A stretch of DNA of 25,040 nucleotides. It comes from Candidatus Sigynarchaeum calidifontis (GTDB lineage Archaea > Asgardarchaeota > Lokiarchaeia > Sigyniarchaeales > Sigyniarchaeaceae). Positions 8,926-17,221 of the stretch are shown one piece after another. The stretch is taken from NCBI GenBank assembly GCA_030587475.2, contig JAUQYZ020000091.1, positions 1 to 25,040 of the forward strand, written 5' to 3'. How positions within the stretch are numbered: position 1 is the stretch's first letter; every line of letters begins with the position of its first letter. The translations under genes and the position numbers were made by a program. Below the pieces are notes generated by a model, which saw only the letters and a list, made by a program, of their open reading frames with translations, searched no databases and was not told where the DNA came from.

Positions 8926-10221
8926 ATGAGCGGAGAACGGATCACGGGGACGGCAACGCAGAAGGATCTCGTGAAGCTCTACGCGGAGCACGTGTCTGCC
9001 CCGAAAGCCCAATTTTTCAAGGACTTGGGCATCGCGTTCGTGCAAGGCGAGCGTCACGGCATCTACATCAAGGCACTGGAGGGATTGCGGAAAGGTCAAC
9101 CCCCGTTGGAGCTGGTCGACTGCCGGACGAGCGGCGGCGTGTTTAACCTTGGTCATCGCCACCCGTCCATCATCAAGGCGATAAAAGATGGCATCGATGC
9201 GGGCCTCGACATCGGCGATCATCACGCGATTAGTGAACAGCGCGCGCTGCTCGCCAAGAAACTCGCCGCCTTGATGCCACCCGGCATCACGAAGACCGCC
9301 TTTTGCGTCGGCGGTGGCGAGGCCATCGACCTCGCCATCAAGCTCGCGAGGGGCATCACGAAGCGCAAGAAGGTCGTCTCGGCCGAGGGCGCCTATCACG
9401 GGGTGACGGGGCTGGCATTGGCCGCCGGCGATGCCCGGTTCAAGGATCCGTTTGGCTGGCATCTACCAGACTTCATCCACGTGCCGTTCGGGTCGGTTGA
9501 CGCGTTGGAGAAAGTCATCGACGAATCCGTTGCCGCGGTCATCCTGGAGACCATCCCTGCGACGGCCGGCATCTTGATCGCGCCGCCGGGATATTTCCAG
9601 CAAGTGCGCGAGCTGTGCGACAAGGCAGGTGCCTTGTTCATCGCGGACGAGGTCCAGGCCGGGCTCGGCAGGACCGGGAAAATGTGGGGGATCTACGGCG
9701 GCGTCCACGAGAACGAGAAGGTGATTCCCGACGTGATCGTGCTCGCGAAGGGCATGACCGCGGGGTATTACCCGATAGCGACGTGCAGTTACAAGCCGTT
9801 CATCGAGCACGTGTTCCAGCAGGACCCGTTCCTCCACATCAGCACGACCGGCGGCTCGGAACTCGGCTGCTACGTGTGCAGCAAGATGCTGGACATCGTG
9901 TCGGATCCTGCCTTCTTGAATCACGTCAAGGTTGCCGGGGCGAAACTCGGCGCCGGGCTCGCAGCGTTCAAGGACGAGTCCCCGTCGATCGTGGTCGACG
10001 TGCGCGGTCGTGGCTTGATGTGGGGGTTAGAATTTGTCAACGAGAAGTATGGTCACGGCTTCACGCTCAAGATGATCGAGAACGGCTTGTTTGCTGACTA
10101 CTGCGGAAACCGTGAGAACACGATCAAGCTCATGCCGCCGCTCGTGACGACGCTGGACGAGATCCAGCTCATCATTGACCGGCTCAAGAAAGCATTTGCG
10201 GGGCTACCAATTCCGAAATAG
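8926..10221 (+). CDS. Class III PLP-dependent aminotransferase-family enzyme (ArgD/PatA-like)
   Basis: FNLGHRHP, GGGEAIDLAIKLAR, AYHG, VILETIP, FIADEVQAGLGRTG, the PLP lysine in LAKGMTAG, VRGRGLMWG and IKLMPPL. Confidence 0.93.
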   Translation: MSGERITGTATQKDLVKLYAEHVSAPKAQFFKDLGIAFVQGERHGIYIKALEGLRKGQPPLELVDCRTSGGVFNLGHRHPSIIKAIKDGIDAGLDIGDHHAISEQRALLAKKLAALMPPGITKTAFCVGGGEAIDLAIKLARGITKRKKVVSAEGAYHGVTGLALAAGDARFKDPFGWHLPDFIHVPFGSVDALEKVIDESVAAVILETIPATAGILIAPPGYFQQVRELCDKAGALFIADEVQAGLGRTGKMWGIYGGVHENEKVIPDVIVLAKGMTAGYYPIATCSYKPFIEHVFQQDPFLHISTTGGSELGCYVCSKMLDIVSDPAFLNHVKVAGAKLGAGLAAFKDESPSIVVDVRGRGLMWGLEFVNEKYGHGFTLKMIENGLFADYCGNRENTIKLMPPLVTTLDEIQLIIDRLKKAFAGLPIPK

Positions 10222-10240
10222 AAAACGCGGAAAGGAGGTG

Positions 10241-11209
10241 ATGCAAGTGGAAATCGACACGGCATTGCTGGCGGAATTCGAGCGGACGATCGACACGGCG
10301 CGCCCGGAGAGGAACAAGATCCCCATCAAGGTGCTCGGCTATGGCGAGATAAGCATCGTTTTCGAAATCACCGGAGACAAGTACCCCGTCGCGTACAAGC
10401 GGTTACCGATCTTCGACGACGAGGACCAGGTCACCCGGCACGTCAACGCCTACAAGGAATACACGCGGTTGCTGCGCGACGACATCGGTATCGTCGTGCC
10501 GTGGTCGGACGCTGCGTGGTTCCGGTCTGCCGGCGGTCGCGTCATCGTGCTCTATTGCGTGCAAGAAAAGCTCGATCCCAGATCCATCGGGAACCAGGTG
10601 ATCCACGCCGTGGACGACCCGAACTTGAAAGTCCTCGTCCTTTGCGTGATGCGCGAGCTGAAAAAAATATGGGCGTTCAACAAGCGGCAATCGAAGATCC
10701 AGGTCGGCATCGACGGCCAGGTTTCCAACTGGTCCATCCCGGGCTTCGATCCCGCATTGCCCGTGGTGGATCCCGCCAAGCAGCTTTTATACATCGACAC
10801 GAGCACCCCCATGTTCCGGGTCGATGGCGTGGAGGCGATGGACGCGGTCTTGTTCTTGAAGAGTGCCCCGGGTTTCCTGCGGGGGACGCTGATGGGGATG
10901 CTCCACGAGGTCGTGGACCGGTACTACGACTGGCGGCTCGTTGCCAACGATTTCATCGCCAACTTCTACAAGGAGCAGCTGCCCGGGGCGGTGCCCACGG
11001 TCGTGGCAGCGGTCAACGAGTTTTTCGCCACCGAGGCGAGCGATTTCGGCATCAAGCCATTTACCGTGGACGAGATAAAAAAATATTACAAGCATGACAA
11101 GCAGATCTGGGTCTTGTTCCAAAACATGCGGCGGTTTGACCGGTTCGTGAAGACCAAGATCTTTCGCAAGCCTTACGACTTCTACTTGCCCGGAAAAATA
11201 AAGCGATGA
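10241..11209 (+). CDS. DUF6206-like protein with protein-kinase-like (small-molecule kinase) motifs
   Basis: Strong SD (AGGAGGTG), 19 nt after the aminotransferase stop; a GTG start at 10247 is also possible. Motifs are VLGYGEISIV, VAYKR, GIDGQVSNW, YIDTSTP and a C-terminal YDFYLPGKIKR. The family name is from recall and was not searched. Confidence 0.7.
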   Translation: MQVEIDTALLAEFERTIDTARPERNKIPIKVLGYGEISIVFEITGDKYPVAYKRLPIFDDEDQVTRHVNAYKEYTRLLRDDIGIVVPWSDAAWFRSAGGRVIVLYCVQEKLDPRSIGNQVIHAVDDPNLKVLVLCVMRELKKIWAFNKRQSKIQVGIDGQVSNWSIPGFDPALPVVDPAKQLLYIDTSTPMFRVDGVEAMDAVLFLKSAPGFLRGTLMGMLHEVVDRYYDWRLVANDFIANFYKEQLPGAVPTVVAAVNEFFATEASDFGIKPFTVDEIKKYYKHDKQIWVLFQNMRRFDRFVKTKIFRKPYDFYLPGKIKR

Positions 11210-11227
11210 GGGGGAGAAGGGGAAGGA

Positions 11228-12208
11228 CTAAGTCGCCTTGCACGCGCCGTCCGGCCGCGCTGCTTGCACGTAATGGAAGGCTGCCGTGCAAGCCTTGGCA
11301 CCATCAGCCGCGGCGGTGATGGCTTGCTTGAGCTTGTTGCTCGTCACGTCGCCAGCAGCGAACAAGCCCTCCACGTTCGTCTTGCAATCCTGATCCACGA
11401 TGATCTCGCCCTCCTTGTTGAGCTTCACGCCGAGATTCTTCACGAGATCAGACCTGGGCGTGAAGCCGACATCGATGAACACGCCCTTGGTTTCGATTTC
11501 CTGGCCCGTGTCGAGGATGACCTTGCAAACCATGCCTTTCTCGTCCGCGACGATTTCCTTGACGTTCGCGTTGTGGATGACCTCGATGTTGCTGCACGAG
11601 TAAACTTTCTCGGCCATGGCAGGCTCGGCCCGGATCTTGCCCTTCCGGTAGATCACGTAGACTTTCTTGGCGACACGGCTGAGAACGATCGCTTCCTTGG
11701 CAGCACTGTCCGAGCCACCGACGACGCAAGTGACCTTGTTCTTGAAAAATGCAGCATCGCACGTGGCACAGTAGCTCACGCCACAGCCGTCAGCATATTC
11801 CTCCTCGCCTTTCACGCCGAGCTTGCGCCGCTCGCTTCCCGTCGCGACAATCACGGAACGAGCAACGAATATCCTGTTTTCGGTCGCGATGGTAAAATCT
11901 TGCCCTTGCTTTACGATGGACTTGACCCGCTCGTTCACGACCCTCCCGCCGAGCGCGTCCAGGTGCACTTTGAACCTGTCCATCAATTCCTTGCCCTTCA
12001 CTGACGGGAAGCCAGGGTAGTTTTCGACGATATCTGCGGTGAGCATGAGTCCCCCGAGATCCTCGGCGATCATGGCATGTTTTAACATGAACCGGGTCGC
12101 GTAGATCGTCGCGGTATACCCGGCTGGCCCGCCACCGATGATCGCGACGTCAAGCTTTTCGTCGGTCACGTGCAATCGCTCTAGCGTGTTGTCAGTTGAT
12201 GGATCCAT
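11228..12208 (-). CDS. trxB: Thioredoxin-disulfide reductase
   Basis: IIGGGPAGYTA, VENYPG, IVATG, redox motif GVSYCATCD, VVGGSDSA, and TNVEGLFAAGDVT...KQAITAAADG. Start taken at the ATG at 12208. Confidence 0.92.
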   Translation of the reverse strand: MDPSTDNTLERLHVTDEKLDVAIIGGGPAGYTATIYATRFMLKHAMIAEDLGGLMLTADIVENYPGFPSVKGKELMDRFKVHLDALGGRVVNERVKSIVKQGQDFTIATENRIFVARSVIVATGSERRKLGVKGEEEYADGCGVSYCATCDAAFFKNKVTCVVGGSDSAAKEAIVLSRVAKKVYVIYRKGKIRAEPAMAEKVYSCSNIEVIHNANVKEIVADEKGMVCKVILDTGQEIETKGVFIDVGFTPRSDLVKNLGVKLNKEGEIIVDQDCKTNVEGLFAAGDVTSNKLKQAITAAADGAKACTAAFHYVQAARPDGACKAT

Positions 12209-12309
12209 GAAGGCCGGGGGAGTTTTATACACGCCTATCGCGCCCTTGACATGGGAAATTCACGGCATGAAGGCGGCCCTTTTTTATCGGCGCGGCATTC
12301 GACATCCCG

Positions 12310-13635
12310 ATGTCATCCAACGCGTCCAGGTTGCTGCTCGGCGGGTTTTACGACACGATCCTCGTCCGGTTCGTCGGCGAGATCGGCATCAAGTCTGAAA
12401 AGGTGCGCCGGCGGCTTATTAACCGCCTGGCGACGTGCATCAAGAACCAGCTGGAACGAAAGCGGATTCTGGGGCTATCAATTTCTATTACCCATGCACG
12501 ATTATTTTTATCCATCAAGGATCCAAGCAGCGTAGAAGCCGTACACGAGATCTTGCAGCGGATTCCTGGGATCCACTCGTTCAGCTACTGCGCCGTGCTC
12601 CAACTAGATCTCGAAAGGGTGCACGAACGAGCGGTGTCGCTCGCTCGATTGCTGTTCCAAGAAGCAGCGTCGTTCGCGGTGAGGGTCACCAGGGACGGCA
12701 CGCACGAGTTCTCCTCCCAATCGCTTGCCCGGGACGTTGGCTCAACTATCCTCGATTCGCTAAGCGATATGCACCCGCGGGTAGATCTCACCACGCCTGC
12801 GGTCACCATCTATATCGAGGTGCGGGATACCACTGTCCTGCTCTACCATGAAAAGCATGATGGATTCGGCGGGATGCCACGTGATGTTTCATCGCCCGTA
12901 CTCGGTTGCATTGGCCTGGCGCCCGCGTCCTGGGAAGCGTGCGGCCTCGTGATCAAGCGCGGTGCTAACTTGCACCCCGTTTTCCTGCACCGTATTGGAT
13001 TGATGGATGCCCACGCGTCTACAACCATTGACACGAAGGCATTGGCGGAAGCACTCAATGCGGATCCAGGTATCGTTTCACAAGTCTTTCAACTGCTCGA
13101 TATGCAAGAAGAAAACCTGGTTCGGATAACAATCGTGCCGATAACCAAGGAGATCGATGAATGGCTTGCACACGAGCATGTTTCGAGCAATTCACGGGCA
13201 GTCGCTGCGGTTCTCGGTCTCATGATTCCCGCGCTTGTCCATGCACGGGTACTTTCCCATTCAGCAGGTAGGCCTAGAAAGGCAATGGATTTCAAGGCCA
13301 TCGTGTCCGAGTACGCTCCCCATCCCTTCGCTGAAAGCTCGCCAGGGGCATTAGAATGGATCCAAACACTGGGCACGGCTGTGGAAACGATGATGCCAGC
13401 TGGACTTCCAGCATTACCGATCCTATTTCCGCTGATTCCAGGAAGGATGGCTACTGACGATCGAGCCGTGATCCCGTCAAGCAATGCCATGTTCACGCGA
13501 GATGACAAGATCTTATTTGACTTGCTTCGCCGGCCATCCACGAGGGACGAGTTGAGCATTCTCTTGCGTCGTGCCGTCGACCAACAGCGAGTTCTGCAAT
13601 TTGACATGATCAACCGGCGGTTCTTGTCCCGATAA
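12310..13635 (+). CDS. ThiI-like THUMP-domain RNA-binding protein with degenerate PP-loop domain
   Basis: The N-terminal YDTILVRFVGEIGIKS...IPGIHSFS and THUMP SFAVRVTRDGTHEFSS...VDLTTP..IYIEVR..GFGGMP match ThiI. The SGGxDS motif is replaced by IGLAPAS. Confidence 0.75.
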   Translation: MSSNASRLLLGGFYDTILVRFVGEIGIKSEKVRRRLINRLATCIKNQLERKRILGLSISITHARLFLSIKDPSSVEAVHEILQRIPGIHSFSYCAVLQLDLERVHERAVSLARLLFQEAASFAVRVTRDGTHEFSSQSLARDVGSTILDSLSDMHPRVDLTTPAVTIYIEVRDTTVLLYHEKHDGFGGMPRDVSSPVLGCIGLAPASWEACGLVIKRGANLHPVFLHRIGLMDAHASTTIDTKALAEALNADPGIVSQVFQLLDMQEENLVRITIVPITKEIDEWLAHEHVSSNSRAVAAVLGLMIPALVHARVLSHSAGRPRKAMDFKAIVSEYAPHPFAESSPGALEWIQTLGTAVETMMPAGLPALPILFPLIPGRMATDDRAVIPSSNAMFTRDDKILFDLLRRPSTRDELSILLRRAVDQQRVLQFDMINRRFLSR

Positions 13636-13778
13636 TGAGATTTTCTGGCATGGGCGGGAGCCATCGCACGTCTCGCCTTGGAAACCTTCAAAAGTGAGCC
13701 GCGCCATTACAACGTGGTCTCTATATACTATACCGAAGGCCGATGGTTCCGATAATCGTGAAATCCACTACTGCGAAC

Positions 13779-14393
13779 ATGGCCGGCATCCAAGCGACCC
13801 CCGTGGGATCCATCGATGTCGTCCAGCAGAAGGAAGAGTTGCGCCAGCGAATCCGCGAGAAGCGCTACATCATGCCCTTGGACGAATATCGGCGTGCCTC
13901 CGAATCAATCGAGTTGGGGGTGATCAAGATTCCCGAATTCTCGGCGGCGAGCAAGGTCTGCTGCTACGTGCACAAGGAAACGACCCGGGAACCCGCCACC
14001 GACGCCATATTGCGCGCCGTGCTCGCGGATCCGGGCAAGGAACTCGTCGTCCCGATCACGCGGATCAAGGAAGGTCGCATCGACTTGTCTGTCGTGGACG
14101 ACCTTACAGATCTGCGGCCATCGACGTTCGGGGTGCCCGAGCCCGTTCACGAGTGCATCATCGACCCGTCGACCGTGGATCTCGTTATCGTTCCTTGCCT
14201 GGCCGTCGACCTTCGTGGGTTCCGGCTCGGGTACGGGAAGGCATTCTATGACAAGCTACTTTCGGCCATTCCCGCGGGCGTGCCGGCCATCGCGATGGCC
14301 TTCGAGTTCCAGGTCTTCCCCGAGATCCCCGCCGCGCCCCACGACAAGCCCGTGTCGGCGATCGTGACCGAAAAGCGCGTCATCCGCTGTTGA
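13779..14393 (+). CDS. 5-formyltetrahydrofolate cyclo-ligase
   Basis: KEELRQRIR, FGVPEP, DLVIVPCLAVDLRGFRLGYGKAFYDKLL and PHDKPVSAIVTE. The start could be 13743 or 13779. A TATATA box lies near 13722. Confidence 0.92.
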   Translation: MAGIQATPVGSIDVVQQKEELRQRIREKRYIMPLDEYRRASESIELGVIKIPEFSAASKVCCYVHKETTREPATDAILRAVLADPGKELVVPITRIKEGRIDLSVVDDLTDLRPSTFGVPEPVHECIIDPSTVDLVIVPCLAVDLRGFRLGYGKAFYDKLLSAIPAGVPAIAMAFEFQVFPEIPAAPHDKPVSAIVTEKRVIRC

Positions 14394-14399
14394 TAAACC

Positions 14400-15050
14400 A
14401 TGAGGCTGTGTGAAACGTTCCGCTCCATTCAAGGCGAGGTGCAAGGCATCGGGCGCCAGGCGTTCTTCGTCCGTACCGCCGGGTGCAATCTCGGGAACAA
14501 GTGCACGGTCGATTGCGACACGCGCTACTCGTGGGACGTCGAATCGGGCAACAGTTCCTATGAAATGTCCGTCGCCGCGATAGGCAAGGAGATCATCGCG
14601 TCAGGTGTCAGCGCGGTCGTGATCACCGGCGGGGAACCGTTACTCCAGCAAGCAGAAGTCGTGAAGCTCGTCCACCTCGTGCCCGGCATCGACTGGTTCA
14701 TCGAGACGAACGGCACGATAGATCCTGTGGATATATTACACGATGACGAGCGAATCTTTTTCAACGTGAGCCCAAAGCTACCGTCGTTCGATCCAAGTCC
14801 ATTTCCACTCGATCGCAGCATCTTCAAGCACGTTGTCAATCCAGGATCGGATGATCTTGCCGCGTGGGAAGACCGGATGCGTTCCATGCCGGCGATCGTT
14901 AAGCAGCGTGTCTATTTCATGCCAGCTTCGCGCACTCGTGCCCAATATCTCGAGAACGCCCCCGCCGTTGCGCTCTGGTGCAATGCGAACGGCTTCAATT
15001 TCGGCCCCCGGGAGCACATGGTCGTTTTCGAGGGCAAGCGGGGCTTGTGA
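14400..15050 (+). CDS. queE: 7-carboxy-7-deazaguanine synthase (radical SAM)
   Basis: ETFRSIQGE, FVRTAGCN...CDTRYSW, VVITGGEPLLQ, IETNGT, NVSPK, FKHVV, YFMP and a C-terminal PREH...KRGL. Confidence 0.85.
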   Translation: MRLCETFRSIQGEVQGIGRQAFFVRTAGCNLGNKCTVDCDTRYSWDVESGNSSYEMSVAAIGKEIIASGVSAVVITGGEPLLQQAEVVKLVHLVPGIDWFIETNGTIDPVDILHDDERIFFNVSPKLPSFDPSPFPLDRSIFKHVVNPGSDDLAAWEDRMRSMPAIVKQRVYFMPASRTRAQYLENAPAVALWCNANGFNFGPREHMVVFEGKRGL

Positions 15051-15082
15051 TGCGTGGATTTGCCTCTCGATCGCCCCGCGAC

Positions 15083-16441
15083 TTAATTTGCCTGATTGCG
15101 AGCCATCCGCTGCTTGACCTCATCCTGGCTCAGCAAGCAGCACACGTAAAGCCCTATAATCGTCCAGGAAAAAGCAGCGTTGAGCAAGAATGCGAGCCTT
15201 GGCGCGGCTTTCCATTCCAGCAGCAGCCCGATCCCCACGGCAAGGGTGATATTGGCAAGGGTAGCGAACACGACGCCGAGCACCGCCACGACCGCGAGAA
15301 GCATCTCGGGCGTAGCGATCGAGAGTGCTTGGGGCCACTCGGTTACGACGATGTCGACGAGCGCGCCCCCGGACGTGAAAGCGATGCCAGCCAATACGAT
15401 GCATGTGAAACAACCACCGAACGTGATGCCTATGCTGGCCAACACGTTCACGTTGATATCTCTTTTGCGCTTGTTGTAAATAACCGCGAGCACGCATAGC
15501 GATCCAAACGAGATAGAAGCGATGCCCGTGAACACCAAGAGCAAGTGCAAGGCGCTCGCGTGTGCCGCCAGTGGTGCCCAGGCTCCCACGGCGATGGTTA
15601 CCAACCTGTCGACCAAGACAAGAAGGGCTATCCCCATGGCGAGGAAGGCGATGCCCAGGATCAAGCCGAGCCCGGACAAGACCGGTATGAGGTGCTGCTT
15701 GAGTCTCGCCCTCTGTTCCACGGGTGACCGGGGTGGTGGTACTTTCATTGCCAGGGCGTATAACCCAAACGGGATCACCCAGAACAGAGCGACGTACACG
15801 ATCGCGCCACCCTCGGCGTGCAAGGTCGTGAGGCTCCCGACGAAGAAATACAAGACCATGAAAACCCCAATGAACGCGGTGACCTTGAGCGCGAACCGCC
15901 GGTCAAGATTCTTCAACATGTACCAGAAAAACGGCATGAACGCGAGAACGAGACCCATGCCAGCGATCAGCGACAAGGCTGCATTGGCCGGGACGAGAGG
16001 TTCATACCAGAAATTGAAAAAATCATTGATCGACACGATGAACTCATCGAGATTGCCAATCTCGGGGAAAAGGTGGAAATTGCCTTGATGATTCATCACG
16101 CCGTCGAGGTAGACGTGCATGATGCCCCCGGCACATGCCAGGAGGAATGAATTCGCATACGGAATGCGGTTGTACCCGTTATCTTCCAGGATCCTTTTCT
16201 TGAAATTGGGTGAGAACCTGGTGAAATAAGAATAGAAAAATGCAAGAAAGAGCGCGAAGACAAGATAGCCCGCGTACGTGTGCGTGAAATAACCGATTCC
16301 GAGCACCCAACCGAGATCGGGGCCGAGATAATTGGCCAGGAAAAGGATCATAACGTGGTATTTCGAGAACCGCTTGTCGCTGATCATGTATAACGAATAC
16401 CCGACCATGCCGCCAAGGAAAAGATGTGCGATCGAGGGCAT
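15083..16441 (-). CDS. Polytopic membrane protein with N-terminal YdjM-like metal-dependent hydrolase domain
   Basis: MPSIAH, LGPDLG, FTHT and MHVYLD form the H/PD/HS-T/HxxxD signature, followed by many more hydrophobic segments. Confidence 0.7.
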   Translation of the reverse strand: MPSIAHLFLGGMVGYSLYMISDKRFSKYHVMILFLANYLGPDLGWVLGIGYFTHTYAGYLVFALFLAFFYSYFTRFSPNFKKRILEDNGYNRIPYANSFLLACAGGIMHVYLDGVMNHQGNFHLFPEIGNLDEFIVSINDFFNFWYEPLVPANAALSLIAGMGLVLAFMPFFWYMLKNLDRRFALKVTAFIGVFMVLYFFVGSLTTLHAEGGAIVYVALFWVIPFGLYALAMKVPPPRSPVEQRARLKQHLIPVLSGLGLILGIAFLAMGIALLVLVDRLVTIAVGAWAPLAAHASALHLLLVFTGIASISFGSLCVLAVIYNKRKRDINVNVLASIGITFGGCFTCIVLAGIAFTSGGALVDIVVTEWPQALSIATPEMLLAVVAVLGVVFATLANITLAVGIGLLLEWKAAPRLAFLLNAAFSWTIIGLYVCCLLSQDEVKQRMARNQAN

Positions 16442-16595
16442 TGTACACTACATCGCTCGTGATAGCATTCTCCCGTCTCGCGTGAATTTAACGATTTTCT
16501 TCTTGCAATAGACCAATTTCGATTTGCGAGTTTCGTGTACACAAAACAAGGCTCGCCAGCTGTGCAAGTCGGAAATCTTTTTTGGATTCAGACCC

Positions 16596-16618
16596 GATTT
16601 GATATTGGGAATCAAATC
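16596..16618. promoter_or_regulatory. Inverted repeat (possible operator) upstream of the longin-like gene
   Basis: GATTTGAT-N7-ATCAAATC has perfect 8-bp arms and ends 14 nt before the ATG at 16633. Confidence 0.4.
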
Positions 16619-16632
16619 CAGGTTGTTGGTGC

Positions 16633-17106
16633 ATGATCGAAGCGTTTTACCTCGTCAAGGAAAGCGGGCTCTCCATTTACACGTACCATCAAGATGACAA
16701 GAAAGCATCCGATCTCGACGACTTGATTTCGCCATTTCTTGCCGCGATCGATCTATTCTCGACGGAAAACTTCAAGGGGCGCATCAAGGCGATCGTCCTC
16801 GAGGATAACAGGAAGCTCTACTTCCGGTCGTTCAAGATCGCCGGGAACAAGATCATCAAGTTCATCGCCCTCACCAACACGGACAACATCGGCGAGCTCG
16901 ACGGGAAAATGATCAACTTGAAATGGATCATGGAAAGGCTCGGTAAATACCTCGATGATCCCACGGGCCGCCTCCCGCGACAGCTAGAAGCCGAGATCGT
17001 CGAAAAGATAAAGGGATTGCTCTCGTCACCCCCTCACGGTGCGGTTCATGGACGGGGGGAGAATGCCCCAGATGGCGCGATGTCTGCTCGTCGATTGCCG
17101 AGATAA
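16633..17106 (+). CDS. Longin-like domain protein (Asgard-type eukaryotic signature protein candidate)
   Basis: MIEAFYLVKESGLSIYTY...DDLISPFLAAIDLFSTE...IKAIVL...KLYF...KFIALT...helix gives the beta-beta-alpha-beta-beta-beta-alpha pattern. The SG-x-x-[IL]Y and LIS-x-FL-x-A-I-x-x-F motifs are typical of longin-like domains. Confidence 0.65.
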   Translation: MIEAFYLVKESGLSIYTYHQDDKKASDLDDLISPFLAAIDLFSTENFKGRIKAIVLEDNRKLYFRSFKIAGNKIIKFIALTNTDNIGELDGKMINLKWIMERLGKYLDDPTGRLPRQLEAEIVEKIKGLLSSPPHGAVHGRGENAPDGAMSARRLPR

Positions 17107-17170
17107 CCCCGCCGATTGCCGTTTTCGTTCGTGCTTGCTCGTAACGTGCTGGAAATTCCAGGAAATGCAA

Positions 17171-17182
17171 ATAATGAAAAAA
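17171..17182 (-). terminator. TTTTTTCATTAT terminator-like tract downstream of the giant surface protein gene
   Basis: The same 12-mer is found after hdrA. It lies about 40 nt past the stop in a convergent gap. Confidence 0.5.
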
Positions 17183-17221
17183 GGTGTAATGGCCAGTCCT
17201 TTAGCCAAAAAATACGCTCGA

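Noticed and set aside
14388-14396. TGT TGA TAA at the end of the cyclo-ligase as a possible Cys-Sec C-terminus
   Set aside because: This family normally ends here and has no redox role. Tandem stops are the simpler explanation.
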